A stretch of DNA of 64,000 bases from the NCBI GenBank assembly GCA_009691415.1, contig SICP01000002.1:36547-100546 (forward strand), given 5' to 3'. Positions 1 to 11,000 of the stretch are shown here, piece after piece (the first letter of the stretch is position 1; every line of letters begins with the position of its first letter). A model generated the notes under the pieces. The model worked only from the letters and a program-made list of their open reading frames with translations. It was not told the DNA's origin and searched no databases. This DNA is from Candidatus Margulisiibacteriota bacterium (lineage in GTDB: Bacteria; Margulisbacteria; Marinamargulisbacteria; SXXA01; SICP01). The position numbers and the translations under genes were made by a program.

Positions 1-2168
1 TGTGTTAGTGGCACCGTGTCTAGGCGGCCATCGGCATGATGCACAACCAAACTCAACTTAGACTCTGGATTAAAGAGGGTTAATCCCAACAAATCTAACG
101 TGTCATCTTCCTGAATTTTTTCATAATCATCTGCATTCTCAAACGTTAGCGCCAACAACCCTTGTTTCTTTAAGTTGGATTCATGAATACGAGCAAAAGA
201 ACGAACAATAACGGCCCTCACCCCCAAATATCGAGGCTCCATAGCCGCATGCTCACGCGACGAACCCTCCCCATAATTCTCATCCCCAATAACAATAGAC
301 CCCAAGCCCTGAGCCTTATAAAATCGGGCCGTATCAGGAACAGCTCCATAACTATGAGTAATCGTATTTTTGACTGAATTGTGTATACCCGTAAACGCAT
401 TCATCGCGCCAATCAATAAATTGTCCGAAATCTTATCCAAATGCCCCCGATACTTAAGCCATGGCCCCGCCATCGAAATATGATCCGTTGTGCATTTGCC
501 TTTAGCTTTAATCAGCAACGGAAGACCCATTAAATCTTTACCTTCAAAAACAGGAAAAGGGGCTAAAAGCTGAAGCCGATCAGACACAGGACTCACCACA
601 ACCTGCACCTTACTACCGTCCGGAACAGGCTCTTGATACCCCGCATCTTTGACATCAAAACCCTTAGGAGGAAGCTCCACACCGACAGGCGCATCCAACT
701 TTACAGATTCACCCGCTTCATTAATCAATGAATCCGTAAGGGGATTGAAACACAAGGTCCCCGCCAAGGCAAAAGCTGTCACAATTTCTGGAGACGCCAC
801 AAACGCATGTGTATTAATATTGCCATCATTTCGTTTGGCAAAATTTCTATTAAACGAAGTCATGATCGAGTTTTTACGACTTGGATCATCCGAATGTCGC
901 GCCCACTGGCCTATACAAGGCCCACAAGCGTTTGCGAGAACCGTTCCGTCAATAGCCAAAAACGCATCAAGAAGGCCATCCCGATCAGCCGTATAACGTA
1001 CCATTTCTGAACCAGGAGTAATGGTAAATTCTGACTTGGCTTTTAGATTTTTAGTGACCGCCTGCTGTGCAATGGATGCCGCTCTCGTCAAATCTTCATA
1101 GGATGAATTGGTACAAGACCCTATCAGACCCACCTCTAATTTTTCTGGCCAACCATTTTCGCGCGCTTTTTGTGCAAACTGAGAAACAGGCGTGGCTAAA
1201 TCAGGTGTAAAGGGCCCATTAATATAAGGCTCCATTTCTGACAAATCGATCTCAATAATTTGGTCATAAAAAGCGCCTTCGTCCGGCACCAAATGCTCTC
1301 GAATCTCTTCTGCCAATTTCACAATATCCGAACGGCCCGTAACATTTAAATAAGCGGCCATTTTGTCGTCATAGCCAAACAAAGAGGTCGTCGCCCCAAT
1401 CTCTGCACCCATGTTACAAATAGTCCCTTTCCCCGTACATGAAATCGTCTCTGAACCTGGGCCAAAATATTCCACAATCGCACCCGTCCCCCCTTCAACC
1501 GTCAAAATACCTGCCACTTTCAAAATGACATCTTTTGGAGACACCCATCCCGACAATTTTCCCGTTAATTTAATGCCAATTAATTTGGGGAATTTAAGTT
1601 CAAATGGCAAGCCCGCCATCACGTCCATTGCATCCGCGCCACCTACACCAATAGCTACCATACCCAATCCACCAGCATTGGGTGTATGAGAATCGGTACC
1701 AATCATCATGCCCCCAGGAAATGCATAATTTTCTAAAACCACTTGGTGAATAATACCCGCCCCAGGCTTCCAAAATCCAATACCATATTTATTAGAAATG
1801 GATGCCAAAAAATCATAAACTTCTTTATTGGTTTGATTAGCTGCAATCAAATCTTCATCGGCACCTAATTTCGCTTGAATTAAATGATCACAATGCACCG
1901 TAGAAGGAACAGCAACCTTACGTTTACCCGCCTGCATAAATTGCAATAAAGCCATCTGCGCAGTCGCATCTTGCATCGCAACACGATCCGGCGCAAAATC
2001 CACATAATCCTTGCCCCGCTCATAAGAAACTGCTGGCAACGAATCTGATAAGTGGGTATATAAAATCTTTTCCGTCAGCGTTAAGGGCCGATTAACTAAG
2101 TTTCTTAATGCAGAAACCCTAGCAGGAAATACAGAATAAACGTGTTTAATAAGATCTAAATCAAACAT
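1..2168 (-). CDS. acnA: aconitate hydratase, mitochondrial-type (AcnA/Acn-mito family). The N-terminus starts at the ATG at 2168..2166; the C-terminus runs off the window start
   Basis: Reverse-strand translation from the ATG at 2168 gives MFDLDLIKH...[17 protein letters not shown]...[13 protein letters not shown]...[11 protein letters not shown]...[10 protein letters not shown]...[15 protein letters not shown]. These are classic aconitase Fe-S and substrate motifs across all four domains. The ORF is open to coordinate 1. A GGAGG Shine-Dalgarno sits 8 nt upstream of the ATG. Confidence 0.9.
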   Translation of the reverse strand, partial: MFDLDLIKHVYSVFPARVSALRNLVNRPLTLTEKILYTHLSDSLPAVSYERGKDYVDFAPDRVAMQDATAQMALLQFMQAGKRKVAVPSTVHCDHLIQAKLGADEDLIAANQTNKEVYDFLASISNKYGIGFWKPGAGIIHQVVLENYAFPGGMMIGTDSHTPNAGGLGMVAIGVGGADAMDVMAGLPFELKFPKLIGIKLTGKLSGWVSPKDVILKVAGILTVEGGTGAIVEYFGPGSETISCTGKGTICNMGAEIGATTSLFGYDDKMAAYLNVTGRSDIVKLAEEIREHLVPDEGAFYDQIIEIDLSEMEPYINGPFTPDLATPVSQFAQKARENGWPEKLEVGLIGSCTNSSYEDLTRAASIAQQAVTKNLKAKSEFTITPGSEMVRYTADRDGLLDAFLAIDGTVLANACGPCIGQWARHSDDPSRKNSIMTSFNRNFAKRNDGNINTHAFVASPEIVTAFALAGTLCFNPLTDSLINEAGESVKLDAPVGVELPPKGFDVKDAGYQEPVPDGSKVQVVVSPVSDRLQLLAPFPVFEGKDLMGLPLLIKAKGKCTTDHISMAGPWLKYRGHLDKISDNLLIGAMNAFTGIHNSVKNTITHSYGAVPDTARFYKAQGLGSIVIGDENYGEGSSREHAAMEPRYLGVRAVIVRSFARIHESNLKKQGLLALTFENADDYEKIQEDDTLDLLGLTLFNPESKLSLVVHHADGRLDTVPLT

Positions 2169-2194
2169 AAGAAACGCCTCCTAGTTGATAAAAA

Positions 2195-2992
2195 CTAAAG
2201 TGTATACGGCTTCAAAGCCCGACACAACTGCTCAAACTCACTCAATGATAAAAGCTCTCCACGAATAGCGAGTCGCCCTTCAAAAAAAGGCAACGCTTCG
2301 ATCCCTGGCTTCAAATTCAAAAACGGACTCTTCCGCAAACAACTTAACAATGGCTTACGACGCCCCCAAAAAGAGGTCTGCACCACCGCCGAAAAAAACG
2401 CTGGATCTATATCCATGGGACGCTCTACACGGGGAATCAAAAGCAACATCGCCGAATCAATTTTGGGAACCGGTCGAAATGAATTCTTAGAGATTACAAA
2501 TTCCAAGCTAGGTTTAAAATAAAATTGCGTATACACCGCCAAAGACGAATACAGTGCGTCTCCTGGACCCGCCACCAATTTTTGCGCGAACTCTTTTTGA
2601 AGCATCAATAAAGCCGAACTCACACGGTCACAATGGGCCACGATTAACTGAATAATTTTTGCTGAAATATAATACGGAATATTGGCTACGATTTTAAATG
2701 TTGGCGCCGAAACTCCCTCAAATTCTACCTTCAAAATATCGCCTCTTACAAACGTGACATTATTTCGATCCGACAGGCGCTCTTGCGTATCTTCCAACCA
2801 CCGTTCATCCAATTCTACAATCGTTAAAGACCCTGCCGATTCTGACAAACGTCGCGACAACCAACCCTCGCCACACCCAATTTCTAAAACAGCATCATCT
2901 AAAGTTAAGTCTGCGAATCGAATAATTTTTTCTATAATATTTTTGTCTTTAATAAAGACCTGTCCCAATGCCTGCCTAACGCGATATTTCAT
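2195..2992 (-). CDS. rsmA: 16S rRNA (adenine1518/1519-N6)-dimethyltransferase RsmA/KsgA. The start is chosen at internal Met MKYRVRQALGQVFIKD; the ORF is open further upstream to 3103
   Basis: SAM-binding motif LEIGCGEGWLS, then IVANIPYYIS. Length and order match KsgA. The MKYR start gives the canonical N-terminus and a 17-nt overlap with the pdxA stop. TAG stop at 2195-2197. Confidence 0.85.
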   Translation of the reverse strand: MKYRVRQALGQVFIKDKNIIEKIIRFADLTLDDAVLEIGCGEGWLSRRLSESAGSLTIVELDERWLEDTQERLSDRNNVTFVRGDILKVEFEGVSAPTFKIVANIPYYISAKIIQLIVAHCDRVSSALLMLQKEFAQKLVAGPGDALYSSLAVYTQFYFKPSLEFVISKNSFRPVPKIDSAMLLLIPRVERPMDIDPAFFSAVVQTSFWGRRKPLLSCLRKSPFLNLKPGIEALPFFEGRLAIRGELLSLSEFEQLCRALKPYTL

Positions 2993-3959
2993 TAGTTCCC
3001 AAACGCACAGCCAATTGCATCGCCGCCACAATAGACGTTGCCGAGGCTTGTCCGGTATAAGCAATATCAAACGCTGTCCCATGATCCGGAGACGTCCGCA
3101 CATAAGGCAATCCCACCGTCACATTCACAGCTTCTTCAAAGGCCAACAACTTAATCGGAATAAGTCCTTGATCATGATACAAAGACACCACCAAATCAAA
3201 CCGGCCATCATAGGCTAGGCGATACACCACATCCGGCGGAAATGGCCCCGATAAATCCACACCTTTTTCACGCATTTTTTCTGCAAATGGAATCAACAAA
3301 CTCGCTTCTTCTGTTCCAAAAAGCCCCCCTTCACCCGCATGCGGATTCAAACCCGCCAACGCTAACCTAGGAGCTAAAATTCCCAAAGTCTGACAAAACA
3401 AAAGTGCGTGATCTACAGTTTGTGTAAGCAAGGCCTCCGTCAAAAGACTACTCACTTTCATCAAAGGCACATGAACCGTCGCCAAAATAGTCTTAAGTTT
3501 CGGCGTATAAAACGCCATACTCACAATTTCGTCGCCCGCCAATCGGCCCAGCAATGTCGTATGGCCAGACTCCAAAACCCCCGCCATTCGCCAGGACGTT
3601 TTAGAAATAGGAGCCGTCACCAACACATCAATTTCTTCCAATAACGCATGAATCGCCGCACATTCAACAGATCGGCAGGACACAGCGCCATTATCAGAAT
3701 TGGGTTTTCCAATCTCCAATTCCGCCTCTAACGGAATGTCCATCCAATACCATTCACCGGCAACAACATGCTTGCGCCCAGACCAAGGCAAAAATTCTCT
3801 CTTAAGAAACGACACCAAAAAGGGGTGCTTTAATATTGATTTAGGCCCAAACACAACCGGAACAATATCAGACCCAAAATCAAACCCCGCCAAAGCCTTC
3901 AACACAATCTCCGGGCCAACACCCCCAGGATCTCCCAACGTTACCCCTAAAATTCTCAT
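2976..3959 (-). CDS. pdxA: 4-hydroxythreonine-4-phosphate dehydrogenase PdxA
   Basis: 327 aa. MRILGVTLGDPGGVGPEIVLKAL N-terminus. HAGEGG and DQGLIPIKLLAFEEAVNVTVGLP motifs typical of PdxA. Conserved pdxA-ksgA linkage. Confidence 0.9.
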   Translation of the reverse strand: MRILGVTLGDPGGVGPEIVLKALAGFDFGSDIVPVVFGPKSILKHPFLVSFLKREFLPWSGRKHVVAGEWYWMDIPLEAELEIGKPNSDNGAVSCRSVECAAIHALLEEIDVLVTAPISKTSWRMAGVLESGHTTLLGRLAGDEIVSMAFYTPKLKTILATVHVPLMKVSSLLTEALLTQTVDHALLFCQTLGILAPRLALAGLNPHAGEGGLFGTEEASLLIPFAEKMREKGVDLSGPFPPDVVYRLAYDGRFDLVVSLYHDQGLIPIKLLAFEEAVNVTVGLPYVRTSPDHGTAFDIAYTGQASATSIVAAMQLAVRLGTNEISR

Positions 3960-4178
3960 AACACTATACTACTCAAAAGAAGCCAAAAAGAGAAATAGTG
4001 AAATTTTTTACAAAAAAAACGACACCTAAAAAGCCCCCCCCTCACACTATTTAAAAAAGATTGGCCAAAGGATTCCGAAATATCAAAAGAAACGGTCAAA
4101 TCAATAAGCACTTCCATTCAAGAATTTCAAAAAGCAGATACCAAACCATTACGAACCAATTTCCTATTACTCTCTGCA

Positions 4179-4990
4179 ATGCACGAAAAAAGTACAGACA
4201 ATAACGAAAAAGAACAATTAAACATCTTAATGGCAAAAGCAATCGCAACACGTGTCGAAGACGATCCTATGCCGATCATATTAAGAAAGACTCTTATTCC
4301 ACCAATTTGGATACCAAAAACTGCAACAGAAAAAGAAGCAGTTACAACTTTTATGGCCCAACAAATGACAGCCCTGAACGAAGCGACATTTACAGCATTT
4401 GCACAAACCAGAATTCTAGAACAACCACTTGAAGCCGCTTCTAACAAAACCCTATACAATTTACAAAAGGAGATTTCGCCTCCGCATTTCAGATTTATAC
4501 AGCACTCCTTCATAACTCAGTTCAACGACTAAGCGCCATCAAAACCTATGTAGAAATGGAGGTTTATAATGCAAACAAAACCGCACAAACTGTATTTAAT
4601 CCTACAAAAAACTTTAGCGCACTTAATAGTGAAATAGCAAAACACGAAACCTATACTCCCATGATTCCCCAATGGTTTGGTCACCTAGAAACTGCTCGAA
4701 TTATCTCTAATCAGAAAGAAGCCAGCCGCTAGACAAAATGTTATTATTTAAGCCCCTCATTAAGCAACAAAAACTTAGAAAGGCTTCCAAAAAGAAATCG
4801 CCCAAGCAGCACTTGATTTTGCATATAGAGAAACAAAGGAAAGAATACGCAAAATTAGCGAAAATACACACACAGAAAATTCAACAGCTACAGCACCACT
4901 TATGCAGAAAACGATGAGCAGAGCATTCAGTGGCATTTGGACAAACAATCCTCTTTCCCAAGCTTTGGAAGAAGCATCCAAACTAGTGTA
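4179..4990 (+). pseudogene. Possible frameshifted gene remnant (hypothetical protein, about 270 aa if contiguous)
   Basis: Three consecutive same-strand protein-like ORF fragments: 4179..4532 in frame 0, 4535..4732 in frame +2, and 4779..4990 back in frame 0. Frame 0 between them contains stops. No recognisable family. Confidence 0.3.
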
Positions 4991-4995
4991 AGGTT

Positions 4996-5706
4996 CTAAA
5001 TGATCCTCACATCCCCAACCCCGCGGGTATGCAATAACCGTTTAATAAACAAATGATGCGTCAAGGATGTCGCTGTATATGTGACATCCAAATGTAACGA
5101 GTCTTGCTTCATCATCCGCTTTTGCTCAACTATTAATCCAAATTTCTCAATCATATCTTCTACTACCGCTAACGCACTCATTGTCCTAGCATCAATACTC
5201 AGCGAGTATAAATTCTGTATCGACGCACTCTTGCAAAAAACCCAGCTTACAAGTGAGCAACACAACGACACAACAGTTAACAAAATAGCCGCCTGCCAAA
5301 ACATCCCCCCCAATAAAACCCCCACCGATCCCGCCACCCAAATCCCCACCGCATACTTCAACCCTTTCAAAAATTGACGGGCATACACCATCACCGCACC
5401 ACCCAAAAGACCCACGCACAAAATCACCTGAGAAACAACATGCCCCGGATCAGATTTAGAAGACAAATGAAACGCAAAATACGTTAAAACAGTTGCCACA
5501 AAACAGATCAATAATATAGAGCGAAAACCAACAGGTTTCTGCCGATATTCCCGCTCCATCCCCAAAAGCCCCCCACAAAACAAAGCCCCCAGACACACAC
5601 TTAAAAAACCCATTTGGTCAGAAAAAGAAAGTAACATAAATCGATTATACCAACGCATGCAAAGACACACAAAGAAAATAACACTCATCCCCACCTTGTG
5701 TAACAT
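4996..5706 (-). CDS. MgtC/SapB family membrane protein
   Basis: 236 aa, with several TM helices. GGLLGMEREYRQKPVGFRS matches the MgtC signature GxEREx3KxAGxRT. The alternative start MSVIFFV at 5688 is possible. Confidence 0.7.
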   Translation of the reverse strand: MLHKVGMSVIFFVCLCMRWYNRFMLLSFSDQMGFLSVCLGALFCGGLLGMEREYRQKPVGFRSILLICFVATVLTYFAFHLSSKSDPGHVVSQVILCVGLLGGAVMVYARQFLKGLKYAVGIWVAGSVGVLLGGMFWQAAILLTVVSLCCSLVSWVFCKSASIQNLYSLSIDARTMSALAVVEDMIEKFGLIVEQKRMMKQDSLHLDVTYTATSLTHHLFIKRLLHTRGVGDVRII

Positions 5707-5760
5707 TCATCCCCCCCTCAAATTCCCGAATGGGAATTTGAGGGGGGGATGAATGTTACA
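5699..5760. promoter_or_regulatory. 29-bp perfect inverted repeat with a 4-nt loop (tgtaacattcatccccccctcaaattccc-gaat-gggaatttgagggggggatgaatgttaca)
   Basis: Read directly: arms 5699..5727 and 5732..5760 are exact reverse complements. It spans the stop codon of the M32 carboxypeptidase (5756-5758) and the annotated start codon of the MgtC-family gene (5704-5706). It contains C7 and G7 homopolymer tracts. Confidence 0.8.
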
Positions 5761-7231
5761 AATATTTCCCCAAAAGATAAGCAATAAACGCCTCCTGAGA
5801 CAACGATTTTCCGGTCACATCTTTCACCAATTCCTGAGGTGTTTTCCCGCGCCCAACACCATGAATATTTTTTCTCAGCCAAGACGTAATCGGCGCAAAT
5901 TCTGCTCGCGAAATACATCCGTCCAAATCTAAAATCTCTTCTTTCATTTTTTCAAAAAATTGCGCCGCATATAAATTCCCCAACGTATACGTCGGAAAAT
6001 ATCCAAAAAGACCACAAGACCAATGCACATCCTGTAATACACCTTGACTTGCATCCGGCGGACAAATCCCTAAATAATCTTCATACTTTTTATTCCAAGC
6101 AGCCGGTAAATCTGACACTTTCAATGTCCCGTCCATTAACGCAATTTCCAATTCATACCGAATTAAAATATGTAAATTATAAGTCACTTCATCCGCGTCT
6201 ACTCTAATCAACGACGGCTTCACGCGACACACAGCTTTATAAAAAGTTTCCCAATTAATATCTGACAAAGCTTCAGGAAATAATGCCTGGAAACGACCAT
6301 ACTGCCCCTTCCAAAATGATGCGCTCTTCGCAATTTTATTTTCCCACATCCGAGACTGACTTTCATGAATACCCAACGACATCGCCTCGCCCAATGGCGT
6401 CCCAAACCAAGCAGGATCTAGCCCTTGCTCATACAACGCATGGCCTCCTTCGTGCACCGTACTCGAAAACCCATCCATCACATGATGCGCATCCAAACGC
6501 GTCGTAATCCGTACATCATGCGGATGGAACTGCGTCGTAAACGGATGTGTAGATTTGTCCTGACGGCCATGCGAAAAATCAAATCCCATCTGCGTCAAAA
6601 ACCAGATGCCAAAATCCCATTGTTTATCAACCGGAAACACACGATCAGACAAAACATCTTCATGAGATGGAAGACGATGTAAAATCTCGACAAGCCCTTC
6701 TCGCAATGTCGCAAAAAGCGGGGTCAAATAGGCCGTAGTCATGCCAGGCTCATACGTATCTAGCAAGACATCATAGGCCGGTTTTTGAGCATCGATATAC
6801 GCTGCTTTTTCTCTGCTTTTTTCGACCAGCTTTTCTAAGTGGGGTTGAAACAAAGTAAAATCAGATTTTTCCCTCGCCTCTTGCCAAACATGCTGGGCAT
6901 GAGACACCAACTGGCTATACTCCGACACAAAAGATGTGGGCAAACATATCGCCCGTTTCCAATCGCGATGGACTTCCATTAATAATCGCTTTTCTGAATT
7001 AGAAAAATCGTCCATATCGCTATTCATTAAATCTGAAAGAAAACCAGAAAATCGGTCCCCCGTAAATTTTTCGTGCACCAAACTTGCCAAAAGCGCAGAC
7101 TGCTCCGACCGTACACCGATGGCACCCGAGGGCATATACGTTTCCTGATCCCAAGACAACAAAGATCCCACCCCAACCAACAGACCCATTTCTCGCAATT
7201 CTTTAACCAACACTTCAAGACGATGATGCAT
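5756..7231 (-). CDS. M32 family metallocarboxypeptidase (carboxypeptidase Taq-like)
   Basis: 491 aa. HEGGHALYEQG zinc motif (HExxH). HPFTTQF and DVRITTR motifs typical of peptidase M32. Confidence 0.9.
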   Translation of the reverse strand: MHHRLEVLVKELREMGLLVGVGSLLSWDQETYMPSGAIGVRSEQSALLASLVHEKFTGDRFSGFLSDLMNSDMDDFSNSEKRLLMEVHRDWKRAICLPTSFVSEYSQLVSHAQHVWQEAREKSDFTLFQPHLEKLVEKSREKAAYIDAQKPAYDVLLDTYEPGMTTAYLTPLFATLREGLVEILHRLPSHEDVLSDRVFPVDKQWDFGIWFLTQMGFDFSHGRQDKSTHPFTTQFHPHDVRITTRLDAHHVMDGFSSTVHEGGHALYEQGLDPAWFGTPLGEAMSLGIHESQSRMWENKIAKSASFWKGQYGRFQALFPEALSDINWETFYKAVCRVKPSLIRVDADEVTYNLHILIRYELEIALMDGTLKVSDLPAAWNKKYEDYLGICPPDASQGVLQDVHWSCGLFGYFPTYTLGNLYAAQFFEKMKEEILDLDGCISRAEFAPITSWLRKNIHGVGRGKTPQELVKDVTGKSLSQEAFIAYLLGKYL

Positions 7232-8045
7232 AAAAACTCCTTTAGTAAAAACATATACTACCCTAATATAAAAACTAACTTATGGCAGGATTAGCATGGA
7301 GTATAACAAAAAGAGCTACAAGAATAGCCCCCCAGATTTATCGTAGCTTTAGCAGTAAGGCTGCGTGAAGATCCCGTCTGGATGAGATTAAACCCATCAA
7401 TTACAACATAATCATCCCAATTAGAAAAACACCCCTTGAAGCAATGTCATTTCGACCTTTTTGACCTCCACTCGATAACGAAACCCCGGATGCTTATGAT
7501 GCAAGATTAGCAGCACAACCTAGTGTTCTCTGAAAGGACAAAAATCCAAATTTATGCTCGAATGAACACAAAATGATTGTGAATAACATTCACGAAAATG
7601 ATATGTTTCTTGGCACTCATACCAATCCTATAACACATGCAGAAGAACGCTATCTCGTTAAAGGATTCCCAAAAGAAGACCTGTTTGTATTACGTCAATT
7701 TGTACGAGGAATGGATATACGCCATATTATTGACATCCAAAAAAATCCCAACACATATCGTCAGCACGCTTTATCTTGTACACGTTTTATTTCAAGAAAA
7801 CGATATCGATAATATCAGAAACGCAATTATTACCCACAACTCAGCAATTGTTCATCAACCACTGATACATAAACTTCGAAAATCCTACGATTTTTCAATC
7901 GTCCATAGCTCATGTTTTTCTGCCACTTGATTCCTTATTTCTTGAACAAAATACGGCGCTAAAAATACTTATATGAGAGTCCAAAAAAAACAGTCGATCT
8001 GACCCGTAAGACCTTAAAAAAAAGATAGGATTTTAGAATTGAAAG

Positions 8046-11000
8046 TTAGCGATTCGGTCTAAATCTAAGCAACCACTCACGCAATCGCTCGATATAGCCA
8101 TAGGCCGCAGGAACCACTACTAACGTCAATAACGTCGAGCTAAATAATCCGCCAATAACCACAACCCCCAAACTCACCCGTTGCTTCGACGCTTCATTCA
8201 ATCCTAAAGCAATCGGTAACGTACCTGCAATCAATGCAAATGTCGTCATCAAAATAGGTCGAAGCCGCACTTTACCGGCCTGTATTAGAGCGTCTGTTTC
8301 TGACATACCCGTCTTAACCAATTGACGCGTATAATCCACCAGCAATATCGAATTCTTGGTTGAAATTCCCAACAACATCACACACCCAATCATCGAGAAA
8401 ATATTTAACGACTCTCCAGTAATAAACAATGCATAAAAAGCCCCACAAGCTGCCAACGGCAACACCAACATAATCGTAATCGGCGTAATAAACGATTCGT
8501 ATAAACTAGCCAAAACCAAATAAATAAACAAGACACCTAAAAGAGCTGCAATCGCCATATTTTGGCCCAATTCTTTAAAGTTTTCAGCCTGGCCTAAAAA
8601 GTCATAGCTCATTCCTTCAGGTAATTTTATATCTGTCTGAAACATCTTTTTGATATCAGAAACTGCACCACCTAAACCAGGGCCTTTGGGTGCTACGTCA
8701 GCAGAAATTTGTATATATCGTCCGCGATCTTGACGCGTAATATTCGCAGGCCCCTCTGCTTCCACCGCAGAAGCAACATCAGCCACATGGATCAACGACT
8801 GATTAATGTTGGGAATATACGTTTCTGAAAAATCACGCTTCAAATTACGCTGATCATCTCGAAGTCTAACCCGAATATCGTACTCAACGCCACCATCACG
8901 AAACACCGCCGGCAAAGCCCCTTCAATTTGTGTTCTTAATTCTTGCCCAGCCATTAATTTCGAAACCCCCAATCGCCCCACTTGTTCATCACTAAACCTC
9001 ACCTGAATTTCTGGTTTACCTGGCTTATAACTGGTCTCAACATCCGAAAGTGCCGGATGCTTTTTCAATCTCGCCAACACGATCATTGAAATACGATCCA
9101 ACTCTTTAAAATCATGTCCAATAATAACCAAATTAAATTGACGATCACCCCCACCACTAATATCACTTTCTTTCACAACTGGCTGCGCATAGGCAAATAG
9201 TTTCATTTGCTCACGAACACGATCTTTAAACTGAGACGTGTTCATCTTTCTCTGCTTAGAAGAAACCAGGGTCACATACATAGACGCCACGTTTGCTTGC
9301 CCTGCATCCCCACCTACCGTAAGCACCGTATTTACGACTTCTTTATTAGTGTGTAACTGGTAATCCACTTTTTTGGCAATCACATGCATCGCGCTTAAAC
9401 TTGTACCCGGCGGCATTTCTAAAGACACCACAAATTCACCAAAATCTTGCGCCGGCAAAAAAGTCTTAGGCACATGCTTCATCACCTGAATACTTACCAC
9501 AAAAATACCAATCGCAATTAAAATAACAACAACCCGATGTCTAAGCGTAAACCGCAGCACATGCTCATACCCGCGCTCTAAAGCGACCTGAAACTTTCCA
9601 AAATATTTTGGAAATAGGCCAATCGTACTTTCCAAAAACACAGACAAAAACCCTGATTTATCTGTAGAACGTCCCGCGAAATAAGCAGATAACATCGGGG
9701 CAATCGTTAGCGCATCAAACAAACTAATAATCATGACAAAACAAACCGTCAGTCCAAATTCTTTAAAAAATTGACCAACAATTCCATGTAAAAACGCAAT
9801 AGGTCCAAATACCGCTAACACCGAAAAAGTCGTCGCAACCACCGCTAACGTCACCTCTTTTGTCCCTTCTAAAGCCGCCTGAATCGGTGTTTTCCCCATT
9901 TCCAAATGCCTAAAAATATTCTCCCGAACCACAATCGCATCATCAATTAAAAGCCCAACCGAAAGACTCAGTGCCAACAACGTCATAATATTGATTGAAA
10001 ATCCAAATAAAGACATCAGGACAAAAGCTCCCAGCAAAGAATTAGGTAACGCCAAGCCCGTAATCACCGTCGAACGCACACTCCCCAAAAAGAGATACAC
10101 CACAATAATCGTCAATACTATTCCAAACAAAATAGACTCTTTGACATCCAACACGTTCGCACTAATTCGCAATGACCCATCTCTAACAACAGTCAAAGAC
10201 GGATGTCCCGGACTATCTTTAATTTGAGAATTAATCACAGCCAACCGTTTCTTTAACGCATCCGCAACAGCAATCGTATTAGACCCAGATTGACGATAAA
10301 TATTCAAAAATATCGCCTTCTTCCCATTCACAAATGCACGGCCCGTTTCATCCGCCAACGTATCTTTTACCGTCCCCAAATCAGACACCCTCACAGGCAC
10401 ATCATTCCCCAAGAAATTAACAATCGCAGAACCCACATCAGACAAATGCTTGTAGTCCCCCAATGTACGCAAAACCGTCTCTTTCTCTTGCCCTTTTATT
10501 TTTCCAATCGGAACATTTTGACCAGAGGCAGCAATCGCATTACTCACGCGCGTCGCAGAAAGTTCTCTCGCCTTCAATTGATTTCGATCTAATTCGACCA
10601 AAATCTCTCGCTTACGACCCCCTCTCAAATCGACCAGACCCACATGATTCACTTGCTCAAGGCGAGGCTTAATCCGTTCATCTGCCAAATCAAAAAGGGC
10701 CCCTTCCGGCAAGTCTGCATTCAAAGCCAACACCAAAATCGGCTGATCCGCAGGGTCCAAACGACGAATGACAGACGCTTTCGCCTCCATAGGAAATTTA
10801 TTTCTAACGGCAGTCACCCGATCTCTCACATGTTGTTCTGCATCTTTAATATCCGTCTCTAAAGCAAACTCCACAACAACCGTACTCAACCCTGCCTGAC
10901 TCGTCGAACGAATGCGTTTAATCCCAGAAAGAGAACTCAACTCATCTTCCAAAACTTTCGAAATTTGCGTCTCAATCTCGCCAGACCCCGCCCCCGGATA

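Noticed and set aside
4127-4513. 128-aa minus-strand ORF upstream of pdxA
   Set aside because: It is Cys-rich and low-complexity. It overlaps a more protein-like plus-strand frame and is judged spurious.
7290-7560. Possible structured ncRNA (RNase P RNA, tmRNA, 6S, SRP RNA) in the long intergenic region
   Set aside because: None of the conserved motifs of these RNAs is recognisable by eye (no GGAAAGUCCGG for RNase P, no tmRNA tag reading frame, no SRP GGUGCUGUUUACC).
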